Assembly (NCBI GenBank): GCA_964508215.1
Contig: CAZDSI010000001.1
Coordinates: 6,814 to 30,178 of the forward strand
DNA from: an uncultured Opitutales bacterium
GTDB taxonomy: Bacteria; Verrucomicrobiota; Verrucomicrobiia; Opitutales; UBA9783
Reading direction: 5' to 3'
Length of the DNA: 23,365 bases
In this document: piece by piece, positions 15,927 to 23,365 of the stretch
How the letters are laid out: the number at the start of each line of letters is the position of its first letter
How positions within the stretch are numbered: the first letter of the stretch is position 1
Made by a program: the position numbers and the translations under genes
The notes under the pieces: generated by a model
The model's input: only the letters and a program-made list of their open reading frames with translations
Told to the model about the DNA's origin: nothing
Databases searched by the model: none

Positions 15927-18473
15927 TTATGCGCTTTTTTTAGATGAAACAAATAGCGTGCATGCTTTATTTTCGGTAAGATATTGGTTGGCTACACTCA
16001 CGATTTGATCAAGAGAGACTTTCCTCAGTTGTTTTTCGTAGGCGTCGCAATCTTTTTCAGGATAGTCGTAGAGTAGCTTAAATCCTGCATCGGCGGCTCT
16101 TTTGCCGATGGACTGCATGCGTGTTCTATGGCGCACCATTAAGCGTGTATGGCAATTTTCAAACTCTTTTTTGCTTATTTTGCCATTTCGTATTCTCGAA
16201 ATTGCCTTTCCCATTTCTTGCTCGATAAGCGCAAGATAGGGCTCACGGGTGCCAGCGAAGAGACAAAGCATTCCTGTTTCGAGGCCGAGAAGCCGGTTCG
16301 CGCCGACGGTGTAGGAAAGTCCCAGTTTTTCACGGACCTGTATAACAAACTCACTGGAAAGCCCATTTAAAAGTTCTTCAACGACTTCCGTGGCATAAAA
16401 ATCGGTATGTTTTAATCCGCAAAGCGGATAGGATTGGAACACCAACGCTTGTTCTTTACCAAGATAAATTGTCTTTGTTTGTGGTTTATTTGGGCCGCCA
16501 TAATTTTCGAGTTCTTTTACGTTAAAAGGATGTTGACTAATTTTTGCAGCAATGGGTGCCAGTAAAGGAAGGATTTCTTCTAGCGAACAAGAACTCACAA
16601 CTGAAAACACAATGTTACTACCGCAGATAGAACGTTTAAATAGAGTTAAAACATCTGAATGTGAGGTGCTCTTAACGGATCTTTCAGTTCCTATTGGGCC
16701 AATGGCGTAGGGATGACGCTTGAAAAATAATTTTCGCATTTCTTGAAACCCGACATTAAAGACGTCGTCGAGACTATCTTTAATAGCAGCAATTTGAGCC
16801 GTTTTCTCACGATTGAAGATTTCTGTTTTTAGGAGAGGTTCTGTAAGCGACGCTTCTAGGATCTGAACGCCTGTTTTTACTTCCGAAGATAGCACTTCAA
16901 GGTTTAATCCAAAACTATTATTGGTGATAAAAGGAATAAAGTGACCTCCTAGACTTTCGAGTGTTTCGGCAATAGTTTTTGAATCATTTTGTTTTGTATC
17001 TTTTGTAAGAAGGGTCGAAAGTAGCTGAAAAATGCCTCGGTTTTTGGAGGCCTCGTAGTGGGTGCCGCCAAGACACAATGTTTTTATGTGTGTTTTGGGA
17101 AAATGTGGACAGTGTTGATAAATTAATCGAAGGTTGTTAGGTAGTTCTTGAATATTGAACTTTTGCCGATTTGAGGGCTTAGAGGACAAAATGTTAGGCT
17201 TTTTCTTAGCATACGAGGGTTCAAGTGACACACATGTTCTCATTTGTGGCTTGAAGTATTTTTCTACAACGCTTTCTACCGTTCGAGGTGTTAAGCTCTT
17301 GAGTTGTTCAAGATAAAATCTTGGGTAATTGATATCGCCGATAACAACTTCGGCCCAGCCCAAATGATGAGCTTGCCCATGGACCGTCTTGCGTGCATCG
17401 ATTTCACTACATATGGCTTGGTTTAGGGCTTTTTTTAACCGTTCAGCAGAGATACCTGCCGTTGCGATGGATTTTAATTCTTGCGTTATAAATTTTTCAA
17501 CATTCGCGCGTTTTTCGGTGTCGCACACGTATTGTATCCAGAACAATCCTTCGTCATCACCGGTCCAACATGAAGCCTCAATGTCGTGAACCAAGCGTAA
17601 TTCTTCACGTAGTTTTTGGTAAAGTATGGCACTATATCCGCTGCCCAAAATATTGGCTAGGACGTTCAGGCTGGCCGTATCTTTGTGACCAATGCCCGGA
17701 ATTTTAAAAGTTATGGCTCCGCGTACGAGATGATAGTTACCGTAAAAACGTTCTTCGCGTTCTCCTAGTTGAAAAGGCTCAGAAGGTAAAATTATCGGCT
17801 CAAGGCTTTTGGGTTCGTAACCTCCAAAGCCTTTTGATAGTGCCGTATGAATATGTTCAGCCTCAAAGGGTCCGACTAAAACAAGTGTTGTGTTGTTTGG
17901 GATGTAGCGCTTTGCCCAATAATCGTGCAAATTGTTGCGCGTGAGTTGCTCAAATATATTACGAATACCAAGAATAGGATAACGGTAAGGATGTACTTTA
18001 AATGTTGTCTCTAATACTCGTTGGCTCAACTGATCTTCGGGGTCATCGTTGGCCATGTTAATTTCGCGTAAAACAACATCCCTTTCCTTTTGGAATTCTT
18101 CAGCGGGGAAGGTTGGATGAAAAACAATATCAGCCAATAGACTCAACCCGGTATCGAGGGCTTCTTTAGGTCCGTCAAAAGTATAAACAGTACGATCGAA
18201 AGTTGTGTAGGCGTTTAAGGTTGCGCCTTTATGTTGTGTTTCGGAAAAGATATCTAAAAAAGTTCGTTTCTCGGTCCCTTTAAAAACCATGTGTTCGACG
18301 AAGTGTGAGATGCCAGATCCCAAATATTTATTTTCGTGTAGCGTGCCAGTTTTTACCCATAATTGTAAGGCCATAAGGTCGTTGTTTTCGCAGGGAAGGA
18401 AAATACAGACTAGGCCATTTGGTAAAACGAAACGATACGGTTGGACGGCTAAGAGCCTTTGAATAATATCCAT
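15927..18473 (-). CDS. M16-family (pitrilysin/insulinase-like) zinc peptidase, double-length with tandem M16 halves
   Basis: Inverted zinc motif HFVEHMVFKGT with downstream LNAYTTFDRTVY in the first half. The second half is M16-like without HxxEH. I prefer the ATG at 18473 (MDIIQ...) over the TTG at 18485 used in the ORF track. Confidence 0.85.
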   Translation of the reverse strand: MDIIQRLLAVQPYRFVLPNGLVCIFLPCENNDLMALQLWVKTGTLHENKYLGSGISHFVEHMVFKGTEKRTFLDIFSETQHKGATLNAYTTFDRTVYTFDGPKEALDTGLSLLADIVFHPTFPAEEFQKERDVVLREINMANDDPEDQLSQRVLETTFKVHPYRYPILGIRNIFEQLTRNNLHDYWAKRYIPNNTTLVLVGPFEAEHIHTALSKGFGGYEPKSLEPIILPSEPFQLGEREERFYGNYHLVRGAITFKIPGIGHKDTASLNVLANILGSGYSAILYQKLREELRLVHDIEASCWTGDDEGLFWIQYVCDTEKRANVEKFITQELKSIATAGISAERLKKALNQAICSEIDARKTVHGQAHHLGWAEVVIGDINYPRFYLEQLKSLTPRTVESVVEKYFKPQMRTCVSLEPSYAKKKPNILSSKPSNRQKFNIQELPNNLRLIYQHCPHFPKTHIKTLCLGGTHYEASKNRGIFQLLSTLLTKDTKQNDSKTIAETLESLGGHFIPFITNNSFGLNLEVLSSEVKTGVQILEASLTEPLLKTEIFNREKTAQIAAIKDSLDDVFNVGFQEMRKLFFKRHPYAIGPIGTERSVKSTSHSDVLTLFKRSICGSNIVFSVVSSCSLEEILPLLAPIAAKISQHPFNVKELENYGGPNKPQTKTIYLGKEQALVFQSYPLCGLKHTDFYATEVVEELLNGLSSEFVIQVREKLGLSYTVGANRLLGLETGMLCLFAGTREPYLALIEQEMGKAISRIRNGKISKKEFENCHTRLMVRHRTRMQSIGKRAADAGFKLLYDYPEKDCDAYEKQLRKVSLDQIVSVANQYLTENKACTLFVSSKKSA

Positions 18474-18621
18474 ATAGATGAACAAAAGTAAGTAAAAAAC
18501 TTCTCGGTTGAGGGCGCAATAAAATATACTCCAAATTAAAAATTAGAAAACTATGTAATATTCGGGAACTTTTCAATCCTACCAAATTTGAGGTTGAAAA
18601 ACGTTTCAAGGTGCTTAGGTT

Positions 18622-20144
18622 TTGATTAAAAGCTTGAGGGAAATTGTTCTTACATGCCATCCAATTGCCACAAAAGTTGGATACGATATCTTACATGCTG
18701 GCGGAAACGCGGTTGATGCTTTTGTGGCCGCAACAGCAGCAGAGTGGGCCAAGGGGTAACCAGTTTAGCGGGGCCATTAAGTGCTATCGCTTACAATAGT
18801 TATACAAAGAAAGTATATTATTTAGATGCGGGGTTTAACAATGTACTGGTACATTCAGGTTATTGGAACCCCTTAGTGCCTAGACCTGGTGCGACGGCAT
18901 TAGTTCCTGGTGCGATAGCTGGCCTTGAAGCCCTTTCAGAAAAATTTGGCAAGCTAACTTTTTCGTCTGTTTTACAACCTGCAATCGATATTGCGCGTAA
19001 CGGGTTTGTTTTGGATGATTGGTGGGCTAATTACCTTATTGCGTCACATACATCCTTACTCAAGCGAAGCGAATATGGCCGAAAAACATTTTTCAGAAAT
19101 GGGGAGCCGTTAAGAGAGGGCGATATTTTACGAGCACCGGAGGTGGGCGAGTTTTTAAAAAATGTATCCATTGAAGGCTCATCTTATGTCTATAAGGGTA
19201 AGTGGGCAAAAAAATGTGTAGATGTGGTAACCAAGAACGGCGGTAAACTGAGTCTGTTAGATTTTTCGTCCTACTCTATTCGATGGCTAGAGCCTTTGAA
19301 AATTTCCTACCGAGAACACAAAATTTATGCACCATCGGGAATGTCTTGTAGTAGTCCGGTTATACTTTTAGCACTTAAGGTGTTGGAACGGGACAACATT
19401 AAAATATATGGTAAGCATTTTTCAAACTCAGCCGATGCATTAGAGCTTATAATAAAACTGTTCGATATCGTTGAATCCGATTTCTGGCTTTACAACGATC
19501 ATAGGGTAAACTTTTCTTTCCTTCTAAATGAGGAGTTGATAAAGAAGTGTACGAAAAACTTATGGCGTAAGCTACATAGAAAATTGTCTCGTGTTTTTAG
19601 CACAAGGCCGAGCAATCACAGTTACCACATTATAGTTGTAGACAGCGTAGGTAATGTCGTTACAGGAACTAACACAATTGAATCTTTGCCTTGGGGTAAG
19701 GGAATCTTTGTTGAAGGTATACCGCTGACAAGTTCGGGTGAACTTTATTTTTTTAACACAAAACCAGGGGAAAGGCGCCTAAATCCGTGTTTTATGAGCC
19801 TTGGGTTTAAAAAAAATAATTTCAAGTTTGCAACAGGAGCATTTGGCGCCTCTTTAGAACCTGCATCATTTCAGCTTATTCTAAATTTAGTTGACTACAA
19901 CCTTCCGGTGAGAGATGTCGTTGAACTCCCTCGTTTTGGAACATATTCCTTCGACGACAAAACGTTAAAAATTACCGAAAAGGGCCGATGGCTTGATCGG
20001 CGTGTAGATCCAAGTATTGTTGATGAGTTGAAAAAACGAGGGATTAGTTTTGACCAAACAAACTATGTGGACACGGGATTTGCCGTCGTTGCTATTTCGC
20101 AAGAAAATGGCGAAGTTGAAGGTGGTATGTACCCGACATTGTAA
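18622..20144 (+). pseudogene. Gamma-glutamyltranspeptidase-family (Ntn-hydrolase) gene with a -1 frame break near 18745-18759. It could be a pseudogene, a homopolymer sequencing error or a slippage site.
   Basis: The frame beginning about 18622 reads (L)IKSLREIVLTCHPIATKVGYDILHAGGNAVDAFVAATAAEWAKG*, which is the conserved GGT N-terminus, and stops at TAA 18757-18759. The rest of the family signature continues in the -1 frame as the 18744..20144 ORF (GQGVTSLAGPLS...HIIVVDSVGNVVTGTNTIES...). No signal peptide is evident. Confidence 0.65.
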
Positions 20145-20227
20145 TGTTGAAAAGATTTTTATCTTCGTGGAATACGGAAGCTACCGTTGATGGTTAGTTG
20201 GCGTATGCTACGGATAGCCATAGTGTT

Positions 20228-20261
20228 AGCGTCTCAAGAAAGGATCCTTTCTTGAGACGCT
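20228..20261. terminator. 34-bp perfect palindrome downstream of the GGT-family gene; a possible terminator hairpin or protein-binding site
   Basis: agcgtctcaagaaagga|tcctttcttgagacgct is an exact reverse complement centred on GGATCC. It is followed by only TTT, so it is not a textbook intrinsic terminator. Confidence 0.45.
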
Positions 20262-20503
20262 TTAGGAGAAAGGTAGTATTATTGTTACCGGCCGTTGAGT
20301 TATCGAAAACTTTGTATTAAGATAATGCTTTTTCAATATACAAAAGAATGTAACTGGCTTTATAAAAAGAAAACGATATATAAAAGAAATTAACGTTATT
20401 TTTTCACGTTTTTAGGGCTAAAAGACTTCCTTATATCCTTTCTTAAGGCTTTTCGTTAAAGGTGTACTTTTAAAAAAGCATACTGATTTCAGTTAAAAAT
20501 AAA

Positions 20504-20540
20504 TTGACACCCCAATGTATTTCGTAATTGTTAATTCCGA
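20504..20540 (+). promoter_or_regulatory. Candidate promoter (-35 TTGACA at 20504-20509) with an overlapping dyad-symmetric operator candidate (20522-20540) upstream of the L36/L31 pair
   Basis: TCGTAATTGTTAATTCCGA matches its own reverse complement at 14 of 19 positions (TCG-N-AATT-NNN-AATT-N-CGA). The left half, TCGTAAT, equals the half-site I recall for Firmicute Zur boxes (TCGTAAT-N-ATTACGA). The -10 element is poor (TAATTG). Confidence 0.3.
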
Positions 20541-20552
20541 TTAGGTAGTTTT

Positions 20553-20681
20553 ATGAAAGTGGTCTCATCCATTAAATCTTTAAAGAACCGTCACGCGAAG
20601 TGCCAGGTGGTTAAGCGCAAGGGGCGTATTTATGTCATTTGTAAAGCCAACCCACGTTTCAAAGCACGCCAAGGATATTAA
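20553..20681 (+). CDS. rpmJ: 50S ribosomal protein L36, type B (zinc-independent, YkgO-like)
   Basis: My own translation gives [42 protein letters not shown], 42 aa, below the ORF-track cutoff. It closely resembles E. coli YkgO (..RH..[22 protein letters not shown].QG) and lacks the CxxC...CxxxH zinc ribbon of canonical L36. AGGT lies 7 nt upstream of the ATG. Confidence 0.88.
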   Translation: MKVVSSIKSLKNRHAKCQVVKRKGRIYVICKANPRFKARQGY

Positions 20682-20690
20682 TTAATTTGT

Positions 20691-20942
20691 ATGAAAAAAG
20701 ATATACATCCCGATTATCATCCCGTTTGTTTTGTCGATGTTTCAACGGGAAAGCGTTTTTTGACTTATTCCACCATGTCGGTCAAAAATAAAGAAGCCAT
20801 TAATGGTGTTGAGTACAGCATGATCGTAAGAGACGTCACTTCGGATTCGCATCCCGTTTATACGGGTGAAAAACGCTTTGTTGACTCGGCGGGACGCGTT
20901 GAAAAATTCCAGCGCAAATTCCGTCGTGGGCATGGAGCATAA
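20691..20942 (+). CDS. rpmE: 50S ribosomal protein L31, type B (zinc-independent, YkgM-like)
   Basis: 83-aa [31 protein letters not shown]...[27 protein letters not shown]. It has the L31 core (IHP.Y, SHP.YTG, GRV.KF) with no CxxC pairs, and its length is typical of type B. Confidence 0.9.
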   Translation: MKKDIHPDYHPVCFVDVSTGKRFLTYSTMSVKNKEAINGVEYSMIVRDVTSDSHPVYTGEKRFVDSAGRVEKFQRKFRRGHGA

Positions 20943-20982
20943 CAATATAATAATCTAAATCGTTAACGAAAAACTTTTACGA

Positions 20983-21005
20983 GGGACTTTTAAGTCCCTT
21001 TTTTT
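20983..21005 (+). terminator. Intrinsic terminator after the L31 gene
   Basis: gggac(tt)-loop-(aa)gtccc hairpin (20983-20998) followed directly by a 7-T run (20999-21005). Confidence 0.7.
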
Positions 21006-21023
21006 ATGCCAAGGCCGCGATCT

Positions 21024-21052
21024 CTGGACCCGAAAATGCTTCGCTTTTAATG
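21024..21052 (-). repeat. Copy B of the short dispersed repeat, inverted relative to copy A at 752..780
   Basis: The plus strand reads ctggacccgaaaatgcttcgcttttaatg. Its reverse complement aligns to 752-780 at 26 of 29 positions, with a 20/21 core. Confidence 0.8.
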
Positions 21053-21156
21053 CGAAACTCCTCCCAAGTATGTATAGAAAGTTTAGAATTAAAGCCTTTT
21101 TAATTTAAGTATTGATTGAGGAAAAGTTTTTCTTCTTTATGGTGATACCCACAAAT

Positions 21157-21246
21157 GGAGAGGTGACAGAGTGGCCGATTGTGCCTGACTCGAAATCAGG
21201 TGTGGAGGTAACTCCACCGAGGGTTCAAATCCCTCCCTCTCCGCCA
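21157..21246 (+). tRNA. tRNA-Ser, anticodon CGA
   Basis: Hand-folded: acceptor GGAGAGG/CCTCTCC, anticodon arm CCTGA-CTCGAAA-TCAGG, long variable arm TGGAG-GTAA-CTCCA, T arm GAGGG-TTCAAAT-CCCTC, encoded G-CCA; 90 nt. Confidence 0.92.
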
Positions 21247-21453
21247 AAGCAGTGTAAAAGTCAGGCGGACTTAGCGATTTTTCATTGGTAGAGCGTCCTA
21301 AAAGTCGTTTGAAAGTGCATTTTTAGAAATATTTTTTTATAAGGGCCTGAGGCAAGGAACCTTATTGTGGTTTTTTTATCAGCGTTACCGACAAAATATT
21401 AATTTAAATTTGTAAAACCCCTAAAATTTTTTCTACTTGATAACGACGGAATT

Positions 21454-22227
21454 ATGCAAAACCTTATAATCGAATGCAATGAATTTGAAAAACTTGGCCA
21501 ATGGGTGGATAAAGAAACGGGGGTTTTTATTGATTTTGATAACACCTTAGTTGAAAACTGCACTGCCTTGGGGCATTCGGATTGGTATTATGCTCTAGCA
21601 CAAAGGTCGGCAAATGAAGGTGTTCCATTCCATGAATTTGTGAAAAATTTTTACATGGAATGGATTTATGTTCAAGACCATTGCAAAATTAAACCGGTAG
21701 AAAAAACAACGGTTTCTGCTGTGAAAACCTTACAAAAGACTGCTGCTTGTGTAATGGTGTTAACGCATCGACAATATACAACCGTTTCGATGACTTTAAG
21801 GCAGTTGGCCCCCATTGATATTAGTTTTAAAGTCAGTACACCTTTTGATTCTACATTTACGCTTCGTTCGCCCTTTGCTTTCCCCGTTTCTCATTCGGAA
21901 GGTATAATTTTTGTTGGAGATTACAACCTGAAAAGCCAGGTTATGGGATATTTTGCAAAAAAACTTGGCTATAGAAAAATTTTGTTTGTTGACGATCGTT
22001 TGGGTCATGTGAAGGATGTTCATGGTTGGTGCCAAAAGGAAAAAGTTAACAGTATATGTGTGCACTATAGGGCCGTTGAAATCGAAAAGCCTCGTATTTA
22101 CACTCCAGAAATTGCTGAAATCCAACAACAGGAATTTGATAAGACGGGAAAGATTATTGGTAACGCCGAAGCCTTAAAATTGCTGCATAGCCGGTTGAAT
22201 AACATAAGCGCACAAAGTCGTCTGTAA
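21454..22227 (+). CDS. HAD-superfamily-like hydrolase or phosphatase of unknown specificity (possibly the DUF2608 family)
   Basis: 257-aa ORF with HAD motif I FIDFDNTLV (DxDxT), a candidate motif II (VLTHR) and motif IV (LFVDDRLGHV). The DUF2608 assignment is from memory of that family's N-terminal pattern and is unverified. Confidence 0.6.
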   Translation: MQNLIIECNEFEKLGQWVDKETGVFIDFDNTLVENCTALGHSDWYYALAQRSANEGVPFHEFVKNFYMEWIYVQDHCKIKPVEKTTVSAVKTLQKTAACVMVLTHRQYTTVSMTLRQLAPIDISFKVSTPFDSTFTLRSPFAFPVSHSEGIIFVGDYNLKSQVMGYFAKKLGYRKILFVDDRLGHVKDVHGWCQKEKVNSICVHYRAVEIEKPRIYTPEIAEIQQQEFDKTGKIIGNAEALKLLHSRLNNISAQSRL

Positions 22228-22343
22228 GAAATAGCGTCTTCTTCGATGAAAGTTTTTAATTATAGGCAAAGGCAAATACTATCCAACGTAATTAAGCTAA
22301 GAGCCCTCCGATTTTGAAGGAGTTCGCAAGGATTATTCTTTCC

Positions 22344-23365
22344 TTAGGTTTTTAAAATTTTTTGCACTTCCTTCAAAATCCCATTCAATGAAAAAGGTTG
22401 TCGAATGGTTTGATATTTTGTTCTAACATTTGGGTCTGGATGAAGAGAGTTTTCTTGTGAGGTTAAAAGTATAGACATTGCCGGAACTTGATTGAATATT
22501 GTTTCAAACCTTGGTGTAAGATTTTTGGTGTCAGTAATGAGCAGTTCAACAGGTTTATTATTCAATAATTCAATAGTTTCCTCAGGCGATTGTGTTAGGC
22601 TAACATTATATCCGTTTAAGCTTAACAATCCCTTTAAACAATCCGAAAGTCCTTTGTCCTCATGGAATATAAGTATGGTTTTTGTTTGGTTGCGGCTTTT
22701 AGCTTGGACTACATTATGAACTTGTGAGCTTTGATTTAAGGTTTCCTCTTTTTTTATCCATTCTTGTGCTGGAAGATAGACGTGAAACGTACTGCCTTCA
22801 TCAACCTTACTGTTAACTTTTATGCAGCCGCCATGTTGTTGTACAATACCGTATACGGTTGATAGCCCGAGACCCGTTCCCTTCCCTATAGGTTTCGTAG
22901 TAAAAAAAGGCTCGAACATCTTTTTTTGCACGTTTTCGGTGATGCCCGTTCCGGTATCTCTTACGGAGATCACAACATAACGCCCTAGCGGGATATCGAT
23001 TTTCTCTTTCCCATCGTTGTTTTGAAAGTTATTTAGGTGAACGGATAATACACCCCCATCGGGCATAGCATCACGTGCATTTACACATAAGTTCACTAAA
23101 ATTTGGACGATATAAGTTGGTTTTGATTGTACGGACCATAGCCCGTCTTCAAAGTAGGTTTTGAGTTGGATGTTTTTTCCAAGCCAATGGCTCAGCATTT
23201 TTAAAGTATTGGAGGCAACCTCTCTCAGATCTAAAACTTCCTTCCCTGCTTTATTTTCTTGTCGACTAAACACCATTAGCTGGTTAACTAATTCTGCTCC
23301 TCTTTGTCCAGCCTCGTGTATATTCAGCACATATGGGTAGTAGGTGCTTGTTGGCTCCATTTTAG
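22344..23365 (-). CDS. Hybrid sensor histidine kinase (HATPase_c plus a C-terminal receiver-like domain); the N-terminus lies beyond the window edge
   Basis: The ORF is open to the window edge. It shows the end of the HisKA helix (..GAELVNQLMVFSRQ), the N box (NLCVNARDAM), the G1/G2 boxes (VRDTGTGI, GKGTGLGLSTVYGIV) and then a CheY-like segment (KTILIFHED...LLITDT...ILLTSQ...RQPF). Confidence 0.85.
   Translation of the reverse strand, partial: KMEPTSTYYPYVLNIHEAGQRGAELVNQLMVFSRQENKAGKEVLDLREVASNTLKMLSHWLGKNIQLKTYFEDGLWSVQSKPTYIVQILVNLCVNARDAMPDGGVLSVHLNNFQNNDGKEKIDIPLGRYVVISVRDTGTGITENVQKKMFEPFFTTKPIGKGTGLGLSTVYGIVQQHGGCIKVNSKVDEGSTFHVYLPAQEWIKKEETLNQSSQVHNVVQAKSRNQTKTILIFHEDKGLSDCLKGLLSLNGYNVSLTQSPEETIELLNNKPVELLITDTKNLTPRFETIFNQVPAMSILLTSQENSLHPDPNVRTKYQTIRQPFSLNGILKEVQKILKT

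Noticed and set aside
18328-18660. 110-aa minus-strand ORF spanning the M16 start and the GGT upstream region
   Set aside because: It overlaps the 5' end of the M16 peptidase in another frame as well as the true N-terminal coding segment of the GGT-family gene. Its composition is basic and unstructured.
18744-20144. The GTG-initiated 466-aa GGT ORF as an intact gene
   Set aside because: The conserved GGT N-terminal segment (HPIATKVGYDILHAGGNAVDA...) lies just upstream in a different frame. The 18744 start is therefore a by-product of a frame break rather than the true start.
1-23365. CRISPR arrays, IS or transposon ends, prophage or defence-system genes
   Set aside because: I found no regularly spaced direct repeats, and no transposase, integrase or recombinase ORFs. 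No nuclease-ATPase or toxin-antitoxin gene pairs stand out. The DUF151 nuclease sits alone among housekeeping genes.

Overview
This is an AT-rich bacterial chromosomal window made up mostly of housekeeping genes. I found no CRISPR array, transposase, integrase, phage genes or recognisable defence or toxin system, so I do not claim a new system.

The core is a tightly packed nine-gene minus-strand cell-wall and division operon running from 14566 down to 3427. Its order is mraY, murD, a LysM-repeat (lipo)protein, ftsW, murG, a murC::murB fusion ORF, ddl, ftsQ, ftsA. tRNA-Pro(GGG) lies 56 nt upstream of it. The operon ends at ftsA, with a convergent gene where ftsZ would normally follow.

Left flank:
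- gpmA, cut by the window edge and absent from the ORF track
- a 350-bp hairpin-rich intergenic region
- psd
- a DUF151-type bifunctional nuclease
- a Dus-family tRNA-dihydrouridine synthase

Right flank:
- a class I SAM methyltransferase
- a double-length M16 zinc peptidase
- a gamma-glutamyltranspeptidase-family gene whose reading frame is broken at a G-run
- a pair of zinc-independent (type B) ribosomal proteins, L36 (42 aa, below the ORF-track cutoff) and L31
- tRNA-Ser(CGA)
- a HAD-like protein
- a partial hybrid histidine kinase

The order mraY-murD-LysM-ftsW-murG-murC(fusion) resembles the chlamydial arrangement as I remember it, which suggests a PVC-superphylum-like organism. I cannot confirm that without a database search.

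Points worth a second look:
- the ftsA-terminated operon
- the MurC::MurB fusion, which seems to have Cys at the MurB catalytic-Ser position
- the operon-embedded LysM-only protein
- the frame-broken, divergent GGT homologue
- the type-B L36/L31 pair with a dyad-symmetric candidate operator
- a 20/21-nt (26/29 extended) inverted repeat pair in two intergenic regions about 20 kb apart
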